Shown here in pieces: positions 41,123 through 50,198 of a stretch of 64,000 nucleotides of DNA (within the stretch, counting starts at the first letter, position 1; the number at the start of each line of letters is the position of its first letter). Source of the DNA: an uncultured Pseudomonadota bacterium (GTDB taxonomy: Bacteria; Oederibacteriota; Muellerivitia; Muellerivitales; Muellerivitaceae); NCBI GenBank assembly GCA_963770835.1, contig CAVYRH010000011.1, positions 247,753-311,752 of the forward strand. The letters are read 5' to 3'. Both the position numbers and the translations under genes were made by a program. Under the pieces are notes generated by a model. It had not been told where the DNA came from. It did not search any database and saw only the letters and a program-made list of their open reading frames with translations.

Positions 41123-43570
41123 ACGGTCGTGGCGGACGCGGGCTTGGCCTCACCGGTGGCAAAACCGAGTTTTTCACCCATTGACTTCAGGAGCACGCTG
41201 TCTCCTTCCTTCACGTTGCCGCGCAGAAGTTCCTCGGCCAAGGCATCCTCGACGTATTTTTGGATGGTCCGTTTCATCTGGCGGGCTCCATAAACCTTGT
41301 CGTAGCCTTTTTCAATCAGGAAGTCGCGGGCGGAGTCATCCAGTGTTAACGTGATCTTCTTGTCTTTTAGACGTTTCTGGACGTCTTCCAGTTGGATGTC
41401 CACGATTTTTTCGATGTGGGTGCGGTCCAGGGGATGGAAAATGATGATGTCGTCTATCCGATTGAGGAATTCCGGGTTGAAGGCTTTCTTCAATTCCATT
41501 TGGACCTTGCTCTTCATGCTGCTGAAAGGCACATCCGTGCCCTCGGGGTGGAAGCCCAGGCTCTTCTCGACGCCGATCTCCCGCGCCCCCAGGTTGCTGG
41601 TCATGATGACCACCGTGTTACGGAAGTCCACCACGCGCCCCAAGCTGTCGGTCAGGCGGCCGTCCTCCAGGATCTGAAGCATCACGTTGAAAATTTCAGG
41701 ATGGGCTTTCTCGATCTCATCGAACAAGACCACGCTATAGGGTTTCCGGCGGACTTTCTCGGTCAACTGTCCACCCTCGTCATGGCCCACATAGCCCGGA
41801 GGCGCCCCCGCCAGGCGCGACACGTTGAATTTTTCCATGTATTCGCTCATGTCGAAACGGATCAAGGCATCCTCGTCGTCGAAAAGGAACTCGGCCAGGG
41901 CGCGCGCAAGTTCGGTTTTCCCGACACCGGTGGGCCCCAAGAACATGAAGCTTCCGATGGGCTTCTTGGGGTTGCCAATGCCAGCGCGGCTGCGGCGGAT
42001 AGCCTTGGAAATAGACTCAATGGCCTCATCCTGCCCCACAATACGCTTATGGAGCTCATCCTCCATCTTGAGGAGCTTTTCGCTTTCCTTTTCCCCCAAC
42101 TTGATCATGGGGATACCCGTCCATTTGGAGGCAACATAGGCGATGTCTTCCCAAGTCACCACAGCCTCTTCCTTGGATTTCATGGTTTCCCACTTTTCTT
42201 TTTCTTCCTGCAGTTTTTGGCGCATCTTTTTCATCTTGTCCCGTAGGTCGGCGGCCCGTTCAAACTCCTGGGTCTTGATGGCTTCTTCCTTCTCTTGTTT
42301 CACCTTCTCCACTTCCTTTTCCAGGGAGCGGATTTCGGGAGGCATGGTGGTGATGCGAAGGCGTGTGCGGCTACCCGCCTCGTCAATCAAATCGATGGCT
42401 TTGTCCGGCAGGAACCGGCCGGAAATATAGCGGTGCGAAAGCTGGGCGGCGGCCATCGATGGCGTCGTCCGTGATGCGCACGCGGTGATGGGCCTCATAG
42501 CGGTCCCTCAGGCCCTTGATGATCTGGATGGTCTCGTCCACCGAAGGTTCATCCACCATGATCATCTGGAAGCGGCGTTCCAAAGCACCATCTTTCTCAA
42601 TGTATTTGCGGTATTCATTTAGGGTCGTGGCCCCGATGCACTGCAATTCCCCACGCGCCAAGGCGGGCTTCAGCATGTTGGAGGCGTCAATGGCGCCTTC
42701 GGCGGCGCCCGCCCCAACCAGGGTGTGAAGTTCGTCCACGAAGAGGACGACCTTTCCCGATTGGCGGATTTCGTTGATAACGGCTTTCAGGCGCTCTTCG
42801 AATTCTCCACGGTATTTGGTGCCCGCTACCAGGGCGGCCAAATCCAGGGTTACGATGCGTTTATCGAGGAGCAGTTCGGGAACATTGCCTTCCTTGATCC
42901 TCTGGGCCAAGCCTTCGGCGATGGCGGTTTTCCCTACCCCGGGCTCTCCGATTAAAACAGGGTTATTCTTGGTGCGCCGGGAAAGGATTTGAACGACCCG
43001 TTCGATCTCGTCCTCGCGGCCGATAACCGGGTCCAACTTCCCATCCTTGGCCATTTGAGTTAAATCCCGGCCGAAGGTATCGAGGGCCGGGGTCTTGGAT
43101 TTCTTGACCTGCTTGGAAAACTTGGGAAAAGTCCCCCCCAGGAGGTTGATGACCATATCGCGGGACTTTTCATAGGTCACGCCGAGGTTTTCCAAGGCGC
43201 GTGCGGCCACCCCTTCACCCTCTTGAATGAGGCCCAGGAGCAAATGCTCCGTCCCGATATAGTTGTGGCCGAGCTTTTGTGATTCCTCCGCCGCCAGCTC
43301 CAGGACCTTCTTGGCCGAAGGCGTAAATTGCGGGTCGCCGATGGTCAAGGTGTCGGAAGACGGGGTCGTCAGGTTTTCCACTTCAATGCGCACGGATTCC
43401 AAGTCCACCCCCAGGGATTCCAGGACAGCTACCGCCACTCCCCCGCCCTCCCTAATCAGACCCAGCAAAAGATGTTCGGTTCCAATAAAATTGTGGTTTA
43501 GTCGGCGGGCTTCTTCCTTCGCCAGCGGATTGATGACCTTCTTAGCGCGTTCAGTAAAGCGTTCGAACAT
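41119..43570 (-). CDS. clpC: ClpC ATPase, split by an apparent extra G at about 42453
   Basis: MFERFTERA, Clp-N repeats (GTEHLLLGL x2), [11 protein letters not shown] helix [20 protein letters not shown]-like LGF loop. Confidence 0.93.
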
Positions 43571-43690
43571 AATTTCTCCTTAAAAATCGTGGGTTTCCGG
43601 CCTATTTCAACTGAATCGGCCCTATAAATCAATGATTTCAATCACTTTTGAGGGGATTGACGCTTCTCGGAGATTCAGCCGCCGGATGCC

Positions 43691-44752
43691 CTAGATGGCC
43701 TCAGTCGACTTGAGGTACATGCCTAATATCCGGGCTCTTTCCAAGGCCTCCTGCTCCGGATTCAACTCGCGGGCTGCGATTTTTGCCAGGTGGGCCGGCT
43801 GTATTAAGATCAGAAGACTGTTAAGTTTTGGCAAGTCGATCCCTTTTAAAATCTTTTGTTCGACTCCCACCCTTATGGCCGAAAGGCCGTCCAAAGCTTC
43901 CTGCAGGTTGATGATTTTGGCATTTCGCAGTGTGCCCAGGGCCCGGCAAATCCGGTCCTGGAGCTTGACGCCTTCCTGTTGGAATATCGCCTTCTGGGTT
44001 TGAAGCTCGACTTCTATCAGCTGCCGGGCGGTGCGGTCCACGTGTTCCACGATCTCAGCACCTCTCTTACCGAGGGAGGACTGGTTGGAGATCTGGAAAA
44101 AGGCGCTGGCCACCTGGGTGGTTTCCCCCTGCAGGCCCCGGACGACTAGCCCCACCTGGGTTACCCCTTGGAACACCTGGGCCGCCCGGTTGGTATAAAC
44201 CAAGGCCGGAAGGTGCAGCATCACGCTCACCCGCAAGGCCATTCCCAAATTAGTGGGGCAGGCCGTCAAGTATCCCAGCCGAGGGTCCTTGGCGTATCGA
44301 AGCTTTTGGGCGAGGGCTTCGTCGATCTGGGTCAAAAACCGGAAACCTTCCCGCAAGTTGAGCCCAGGACGGAAAACCTGGAGCCGCAAATGGTCCTCCT
44401 CGTTCACCAAGAGGCTCAACCCTTCTTTGGCGTCGAAGGCCACGGCCCTTTCTCCCAGGCTGGCCGCGTGTTCGGCGGAGATCAACTGGTGCTCGGTCAG
44501 AAACTGGCGGTCCAAAGAAGAAATTTCGTTCAAACGGATAAACTGGAGACTGCCGGTTTGGGGCAAGGTCGAAACGGCTGACTTTAATTCCTCAACCACT
44601 TGCCGTTGCTCCAAGGCGCTGGCATGGTGGGGAAATTTTCTTCCCTCCAGGTTGCGCGCCAGCCGCAGCCGGCTGGACACCACCACCTCGCAGGAAGGCC
44701 CTGGTTTCAAGAACCAATCATCCGTGGAAGTCAGGAGTTCCTCAAAAGCCAT
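43691..44752 (-). CDS. mcsB: Protein-arginine kinase McsB
   Basis: SSRLRLARN, NEEDHLR, GYLTACPTNLG, FQISNQ; between mcsA and clpC. Confidence 0.9.
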   Translation of the reverse strand: MAFEELLTSTDDWFLKPGPSCEVVVSSRLRLARNLEGRKFPHHASALEQRQVVEELKSAVSTLPQTGSLQFIRLNEISSLDRQFLTEHQLISAEHAASLGERAVAFDAKEGLSLLVNEEDHLRLQVFRPGLNLREGFRFLTQIDEALAQKLRYAKDPRLGYLTACPTNLGMALRVSVMLHLPALVYTNRAAQVFQGVTQVGLVVRGLQGETTQVASAFFQISNQSSLGKRGAEIVEHVDRTARQLIEVELQTQKAIFQQEGVKLQDRICRALGTLRNAKIINLQEALDGLSAIRVGVEQKILKGIDLPKLNSLLILIQPAHLAKIAARELNPEQEALERARILGMYLKSTEAI

Positions 44753-44754
44753 GA

Positions 44755-45312
44755 TTATTGTTTCTCCAAATTTTTGATCTCGTCCCTCAAGCGGGCGGCT
44801 TCTTCGTATTTTTCCGCTTTGATGGCGGCGTCGATCTTTGCCCTCAATTCGACGATTTCAGGCCTTTGGGACTTTCTTTCAACCGAGGGAGGGGCTGGCT
44901 CAGCAACTGGGCTTTCTCCCACGTGCCGGACGTTCCCATGAATGCTGGAAATCAAAGGTTCCAACATAGCCTTGAAGGACTCATAGCATTTGGTGCATCC
45001 CAGACGCCCGTTTTGGCGAAAGGTGGAAAGCTGGTAGCCGCAATAAGGGCATTGGGCCTGGGGGTCCACCGCCACCGATCCGGCTCTTCCAGAATTGACC
45101 TCGGTGATGGCGCCCTCGTTCCAATTCATAAAGCTATTGAGAAAATCCGATAGGGCCGCGAAGGGATTAAAGGCGAGGGGATTTAACCCGCCGTAAGCCT
45201 GGCTTTGTTCCTGAGCGCAAACTTCGCACAGGTGGGCCTGGGTGGTTTCATTCCCAACCGTTTGGGAGAAAAATACCGTAGCTTGTCGTTGCTGGCATCT
45301 TTGGCAAAGCAT
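44755..45312 (-). CDS. mcsA: McsA activator
   Basis: Four CxxC motifs, GRLGC, IHG..H.G, C-terminal UVR (EKYEEAARLRDEIK). Confidence 0.92.
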   Translation of the reverse strand: MLCQRCQQRQATVFFSQTVGNETTQAHLCEVCAQEQSQAYGGLNPLAFNPFAALSDFLNSFMNWNEGAITEVNSGRAGSVAVDPQAQCPYCGYQLSTFRQNGRLGCTKCYESFKAMLEPLISSIHGNVRHVGESPVAEPAPPSVERKSQRPEIVELRAKIDAAIKAEKYEEAARLRDEIKNLEKQ

Positions 45313-45325
45313 TTCAGCTCCGATT

Positions 45326-46006
45326 TCAACTTCTTTTTTTCGTTACTTGCCCCGCATTGAGGGTCAGGATATGGTCCGCTCGTTTGGCCAACGGTTCGTA
45401 ATGGGTCACCACAATCAGGGTCCGGCCCTCTTTTTGGCACATTTCCCAAAGAACATCATGAATTCCCTCTGCTGTTTTGACGTCCAAGTTACCCGTAGGT
45501 TCGTCAGCCAGAATGATTTCAGGCTCATTCATCAAGGCCCGGCAGACTGCCACCCGTTGCTGTTCCCCACCGGAGAGTTCACCCGGTTTGTGGTCCATGC
45601 GGTTTTTCAACCCGACGTGGTAAAGCAGGGCGGCAGCCCGGGCCTGGCAAACGCCGTATTCCTTGCGGGCGATTTGGCCGGCCAGCATCACATTCTCCAA
45701 CGCCGTTAATTCCGGCATCAAATAGTGGAATTGGAAAACAAAACCGAAAAGTTTGTTCCGCCAAAGGGCTAATTCTTCGCCTGGCATGTCGTAAAGGGAC
45801 TTCCCTTTGCAAAAAATCTTTCCCTCTGAGGGGCGGCTAAGCCCTCCCAAAAGGGTCAAAAGCGTGCTTTTTCCCGAACCCGAGGGGCCCAGGATGACCG
45901 TAATATCCCCTGCGTCCAGCGAGAAAGTCACATCCCTGAGCGCGCGAACGTCTTCGCCGCTCATGTGAAAGACCTTGGTAGCATTTTCGGCCTTGAGGAT
46001 TTCCAC
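45326..46006 (-). CDS. lolD: LolD-like ABC ATPase
   Basis: [37 protein letters not shown] start after AAGGA. Confidence 0.85.
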   Translation of the reverse strand: MEILKAENATKVFHMSGEDVRALRDVTFSLDAGDITVILGPSGSGKSTLLTLLGGLSRPSEGKIFCKGKSLYDMPGEELALWRNKLFGFVFQFHYLMPELTALENVMLAGQIARKEYGVCQARAAALLYHVGLKNRMDHKPGELSGGEQQRVAVCRALMNEPEIILADEPTGNLDVKTAEGIHDVLWEMCQKEGRTLIVVTHYEPLAKRADHILTLNAGQVTKKRS

Positions 46007-46014
46007 GGTTTTCC

Positions 46015-47268
46015 TTAACTGTAACGAATGGCTTCGACGGGTTCCATTTTGGCGGCTTGGCGGGCCGGGTACAAGGTGGCCAAAAAGCAAAGGACAATGG
46101 AAACCACCGGGACAATCAGGTAACAAACCAAAGGCTCAACCTTAACCGGAAGGCGGTCAATATAATAAACCGATCCACCGCCCGGGATTTGGAACGGATA
46201 GATGGCGATGATTTCGCAAAGGACGAACCCCAGGAAAATGCCCAGGACTATCCCGATGGCGCAAATCATCATTCCCTGGAAAACAAAAATCGCCTCAATA
46301 CTTTTGTTGGTGCTGCCCATGGCTTTCAGGATTCCAATTTCCCGCGTCTTTTCAATGACGACCATCGTCATGGAACTCACAATACTAATGGCCGCCACCA
46401 GGACGATCAGCGACAAGATGATGCCCATGACGATTTTTTCCATGTGAAGGGCCACGAAAAGGTTGTGGTTCATTTGAAGCCAGTCCTGGACAAAGTACCG
46501 GCCGTTAAATTTCTCCCGAATCTCCTTTGCCACTTGCGGCGCCAGGTCCACATTATCCACCTTGACTGCCACGCCGGTGACGGTGTCCCCCAGTTGATAC
46601 ATTTTTTGGGCCATGGTAAGGGTGACATAGCTGTAGGCCGAATCATAATCGTACATGCCGGTGGACAATCTCCCGACCACCTCGAACTTCATACTCTTAG
46701 GCATCATCCCCAGGGGTGTTGGTTGGAGAATGGGCAGAAAAAGCACGATGTCATCCCCCGGGACGACTTGAAGCCTTTGGGCTAATTCGGCACCCAAGAA
46801 AATCCTTTCTTCCCTTCCAGCGCTTTCCGTCGTAGGTGGTTTGAGGGCCGTCGCCTTCACATCCCAGAGATATTTATCTAAATCAGCGACAGCCTGGGGC
46901 GCGTCAGGGTCAATTCCCCAAACCATGACCCCCAGGGACCGTTCCCTTGAGCGGGCCAAAACCTGGCCTTCCACATAGGGCCCAGCCGCGGTTACGTGGC
47001 TTATTTTTCGGATGGCTTGGGTGATCGCGTCGTAACTCGAGATCGGGTGGTTTTGATAGCCTGTTACGATGATATGGGCGTTCAAACCCACGATTTTGGA
47101 TTTCAAGTCCTCGTCAAAGCCGTTCATGACCGGAAGAACCACGTTCAAGGTGGTAACTCCAATCGCCACGCAAATAATTGAAAGCCAGGTTAAAACCGAA
47201 ATGGCGCTGCGTTTGCGCTTGGAGCGCAAGTAACGGATGCCGAGGAAGATTTCGAAGGGATAATTCAT
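46015..47268 (-). CDS. LolC/E lipoprotein-release permease
   Basis: RYLRSKRK, VMNGF, GMYDYD, EKTREIGILKAMG, YYIDRLP, YPARQAA. Confidence 0.9.
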   Translation of the reverse strand: MNYPFEIFLGIRYLRSKRKRSAISVLTWLSIICVAIGVTTLNVVLPVMNGFDEDLKSKIVGLNAHIIVTGYQNHPISSYDAITQAIRKISHVTAAGPYVEGQVLARSRERSLGVMVWGIDPDAPQAVADLDKYLWDVKATALKPPTTESAGREERIFLGAELAQRLQVVPGDDIVLFLPILQPTPLGMMPKSMKFEVVGRLSTGMYDYDSAYSYVTLTMAQKMYQLGDTVTGVAVKVDNVDLAPQVAKEIREKFNGRYFVQDWLQMNHNLFVALHMEKIVMGIILSLIVLVAAISIVSSMTMVVIEKTREIGILKAMGSTNKSIEAIFVFQGMMICAIGIVLGIFLGFVLCEIIAIYPFQIPGGGSVYYIDRLPVKVEPLVCYLIVPVVSIVLCFLATLYPARQAAKMEPVEAIRYS

Positions 47269-47272
47269 AGTG

Positions 47273-48781
47273 TTATTCGAAAATCATCTTTTCTTCATCG
47301 TCCCGGGGTCTCATTAACGGAAAGAGGATGACGTCGCGGATGGAGGGGCTGTTGGTGAGGAGCATTAAAAGACGGTCAATGCCGATACCCACCCCGCCCG
47401 CCGGGGGCATGCCGTAGGATAGGGCCAGGATGAAATCCTCATCCAGGTACATCCCTTCCTCGTCGCCCGCCTTGCGCAGTTCCACCTGCTTTTCGAAACG
47501 ACGGCGCTGGTCTATGGGGTCATTCAACTCGGAAAAGCCATTGGCGATCTCCCGTCCCAGGACAAAAAGTTCGAACCGTTCGGTGAGGGCCGGGTTGTCG
47601 GCCCGGGCTTTGGCCAGGGGGGAAACTTCCACCGGGAAATCGGTGATAAAAGTGGGTTGGACCAGTTTGGACTCCACCAGTTCCCCAAAAAGAAGATAGG
47701 CCAGTTCGGCTTTGGAAAGCGAATCCACATGCTTGACCTGGGCCGAGCTGGTTTTAAGTCTTTTTTTCAAGTCATCCACCGAAACCTCGCCATATTCGAT
47801 GCCGCCAATTTCTTGTAAAGCCTGCAAAAGAGGCAGTCTCTTAAACGGAGGGGTAAAATCCAACTCCGTTTCCCCAACCCGTATTTTCATCCCCTGGCCC
47901 GCGGCTTTAGCTGCCTCGGACAAAAGCTGCTCGGTTAAGGCCATGACGGTCTCATTGTTGCCGTAGGCGTGGTAAGCCTCCAGCATGGTGAATTCGGGGT
48001 TGTGTTTGATACTGATGCCTTCGTTACGGAAATTGCGGTTGATTTCGTAAACCCTTTCAAACCCGCCTACCAGGAGCCGTTTTAAATAAAGCTCCGGGGC
48101 CACTCGAAGAAAGAGGTGCATATCCAAAGCGTTATGATGGGTGGTGAAGGGCTTTGCAGCGGCGCCGCCGGGGATGGGGTGCATCATGGGGGTTTCCACT
48201 TCCAGGAACCCGTTGCCGTCCAGGTATTGGCGGATGGCCGCTACAACCCTGGAACGGGTTTCAAAAGTCTTGCGGACGTCGTCATTGACGATCAGATCCA
48301 CATAGCGACTCCGGTACCGGGCTTCGACATCCGTTAAACCGTGCCACTTCTCCGGCAAAGGATGAAGAGATTTGCAAAGAACGTCAAAGGACTGAACGTG
48401 AACGCTCACTTCCCCGGTTTTGGTCTTAAAGGGAAAGCCCTTGACGCCGATGATGTCACCCAAATCCAGCAATTTAAAGATTTCATAGGGCTTTTCGCCC
48501 ACAGAATCCTTCCGAACATAAACTTGGATTCGACCCCGGGAATCCTGAAGGTGGGCGAAACAGCTCTTTCCCATGTCCCGGATGGTCATCAGGCGGCCGG
48601 CCATGGAAACCTTTTCATCTTCCTGGTGCTCGCCCGCTTGCAAACCTTGGTGCTTCTCCAGAACTTCTTTTGAATGCTGGGTGATCTCATAGGCCGCCGA
48701 AGGATAGGGATTAATACCCTTTTCCTTGAGCGCCTTCAATTTTTCGAGGCGGACTTTGAGGAATTCGTTGAGTTCAGACAT
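47273..48781 (-). CDS. lysS: Lysyl-tRNA synthetase (class II)
   Basis: PLPEKWHGL, GGAAAKPF, RNFRNEG, YGMPPAGG.GIGIDRL. Confidence 0.97.
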   Translation of the reverse strand: MSELNEFLKVRLEKLKALKEKGINPYPSAAYEITQHSKEVLEKHQGLQAGEHQEDEKVSMAGRLMTIRDMGKSCFAHLQDSRGRIQVYVRKDSVGEKPYEIFKLLDLGDIIGVKGFPFKTKTGEVSVHVQSFDVLCKSLHPLPEKWHGLTDVEARYRSRYVDLIVNDDVRKTFETRSRVVAAIRQYLDGNGFLEVETPMMHPIPGGAAAKPFTTHHNALDMHLFLRVAPELYLKRLLVGGFERVYEINRNFRNEGISIKHNPEFTMLEAYHAYGNNETVMALTEQLLSEAAKAAGQGMKIRVGETELDFTPPFKRLPLLQALQEIGGIEYGEVSVDDLKKRLKTSSAQVKHVDSLSKAELAYLLFGELVESKLVQPTFITDFPVEVSPLAKARADNPALTERFELFVLGREIANGFSELNDPIDQRRRFEKQVELRKAGDEEGMYLDEDFILALSYGMPPAGGVGIGIDRLLMLLTNSPSIRDVILFPLMRPRDDEEKMIFE

Positions 48782-48852
48782 GGATTTCCCGTTCTTTTAA
48801 AAAATAAGTGCCTAGTATAACAACACTAAAAACTAGCCGGTAGATGTTACGG

Positions 48853-48881
48853 TTAGCTATTGGCTAAAAGCCAATAGCTAA
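48853..48881. repeat. Perfect 13-bp inverted repeat between prfB and lysS
   Basis: TTAGCTATTGGCT-AAA-AGCCAATAGCTAA. Confidence 0.85.
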
Positions 48882-48893
48882 AATCCGACTTTC

Positions 48894-49995
48894 TTATTCC
48901 ACCAACTTTGCTTTTAAAGCCGCTTCGATGAAGGGGTCGAGGTCTCCATCCATGACATCATTGATCTGGGCGGTTTCCACCTCGGTGCGGTGGTCCTTCA
49001 CCATTTGGTAAGGCTGGAACACATAAGAGCGGATTTGGCTGCCCCACTCGATCTTCTTCTTGGCGCCCGCCACCTTGGACATCTCCTCATCATGCAGGTC
49101 CTGGTAATACTGGAATAGGCGGGCCTTCATCATTTTCAAGGCCTGTTCCTTGTTTTGTAACTGGGACCGCTGGGTCTGGCAGGCCACGATGATGCCGGTG
49201 GGGACGTGGGTCAGCCGCACAGCCGTTTCGACCTTGTTTACGTTTTGGCCGCCCTTGCCACCCGACCGGAAGGTATCGAACTTGATGTCGTCCCACCTCA
49301 ACTCAAACTCAACGTCATCGACTTCGGGCATGACGTCGACGGAGGAAAAGGAAGTGTGGCGCCGCTTGTTGGCGTCGAAGGGCGAAATGCGCACTAGGCG
49401 GTGCACACCTTTTTCGACTTTGAGAAAGCCGTAGGCCCATGGGCCTTTCACAAAGAGGGAGACGGATTTGATTCCGGCTTCTTCCGCCACCTGGTAGTCG
49501 AGAGTTTCAACTTCGAACCCTTTGGATTCCATCCAGCGCAGGTACATGCGCAAAAGCATGGAGGCCCAATCCTGGCTTTCGGTACCGCCGGCCCCCGGGT
49601 GGATGGAGACATAGGCGTTGTTGTAGTCATATTTGCCCGTGAAATTACGCTTGAGCTCGAAGTTGCGGAAATCCTGCTCGAACTTTTTGTGGCTCTGCTC
49701 CATCTCGCTGATGAGGCTGGAATCGTGCTGTTCCTTGAGCAGTTCATGGTAGGCCAGCAGGTCGTGGTACTGCTTCTCAAAATCCTGCACCAAAGCCATG
49801 GTGTCTTTCAACCGGGCCAGTTGGGAGGTCACTTCCTGGGCGTTTTTGGGGTTTTCCCAGAAGTTGGGCTGGGTGGTCTGTTCTTCGAGTCGCTCTATGT
49901 CCCGCTTAACTTGAGCGGGGTCAAAGATGATCCCTCACTTCGGTGAACTTTCTCTCCAGAGACTTGACGTCCAATTCGAACAACGCCAATCTCAT
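48894..49995 (-). CDS. prfB: Peptide chain release factor 2 with programmed +1 frameshift
   Basis: ATG at 49995, 24 codons to AGG GAT CAT CTT TGA C (TGA at 49921-49923); SPF and GGQ motifs. Confidence 0.96.
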
Positions 49996-50117
49996 CACCA
50001 CCCTTCCAAAAGAAAATGAGGAGTTCAAAATTTTGAGTTGGGAGTTTCGAACTCATTAAGGACTGTCACTTTATAAGACGAAGCGCCCAAAATCACCTAT
50101 AAAATGGCCCCTTTTGA

Positions 50118-50146
50118 TTGACAGCATCTAACCCCTCCTCTAAACT
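50118..50146 (+). promoter_or_regulatory. Sigma70 promoter of pheT
   Basis: TTGACA-17 nt-TAAACT. Confidence 0.75.
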
Positions 50147-50174
50147 TCTTGAAAATCACGTAGATTTTCGACTT

Positions 50175-50183
50175 TTATCCACA
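50175..50183 (+). promoter_or_regulatory. Consensus DnaA box in pheT leader
   Basis: TTATCCACA. Confidence 0.45.
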
Positions 50184-50198
50184 ACAACCGGATCCCAA

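Noticed and set aside
43571..43690. CtsR box, CIRCE or sigma32 promoter before clpC
   Set aside because: No GGTCAAA repeat or CIRCE; TTGAAA is present but the -10 match and spacing are poor
46007..46126. lolD N-terminal extension
   Set aside because: Overlaps lolC/E; GTG at 46006 has an RBS
40161..46785. Long + strand ORFs opposite tamB, clpC and lolC/E
   Set aside because: Antisense shadows of well-supported minus-strand genes
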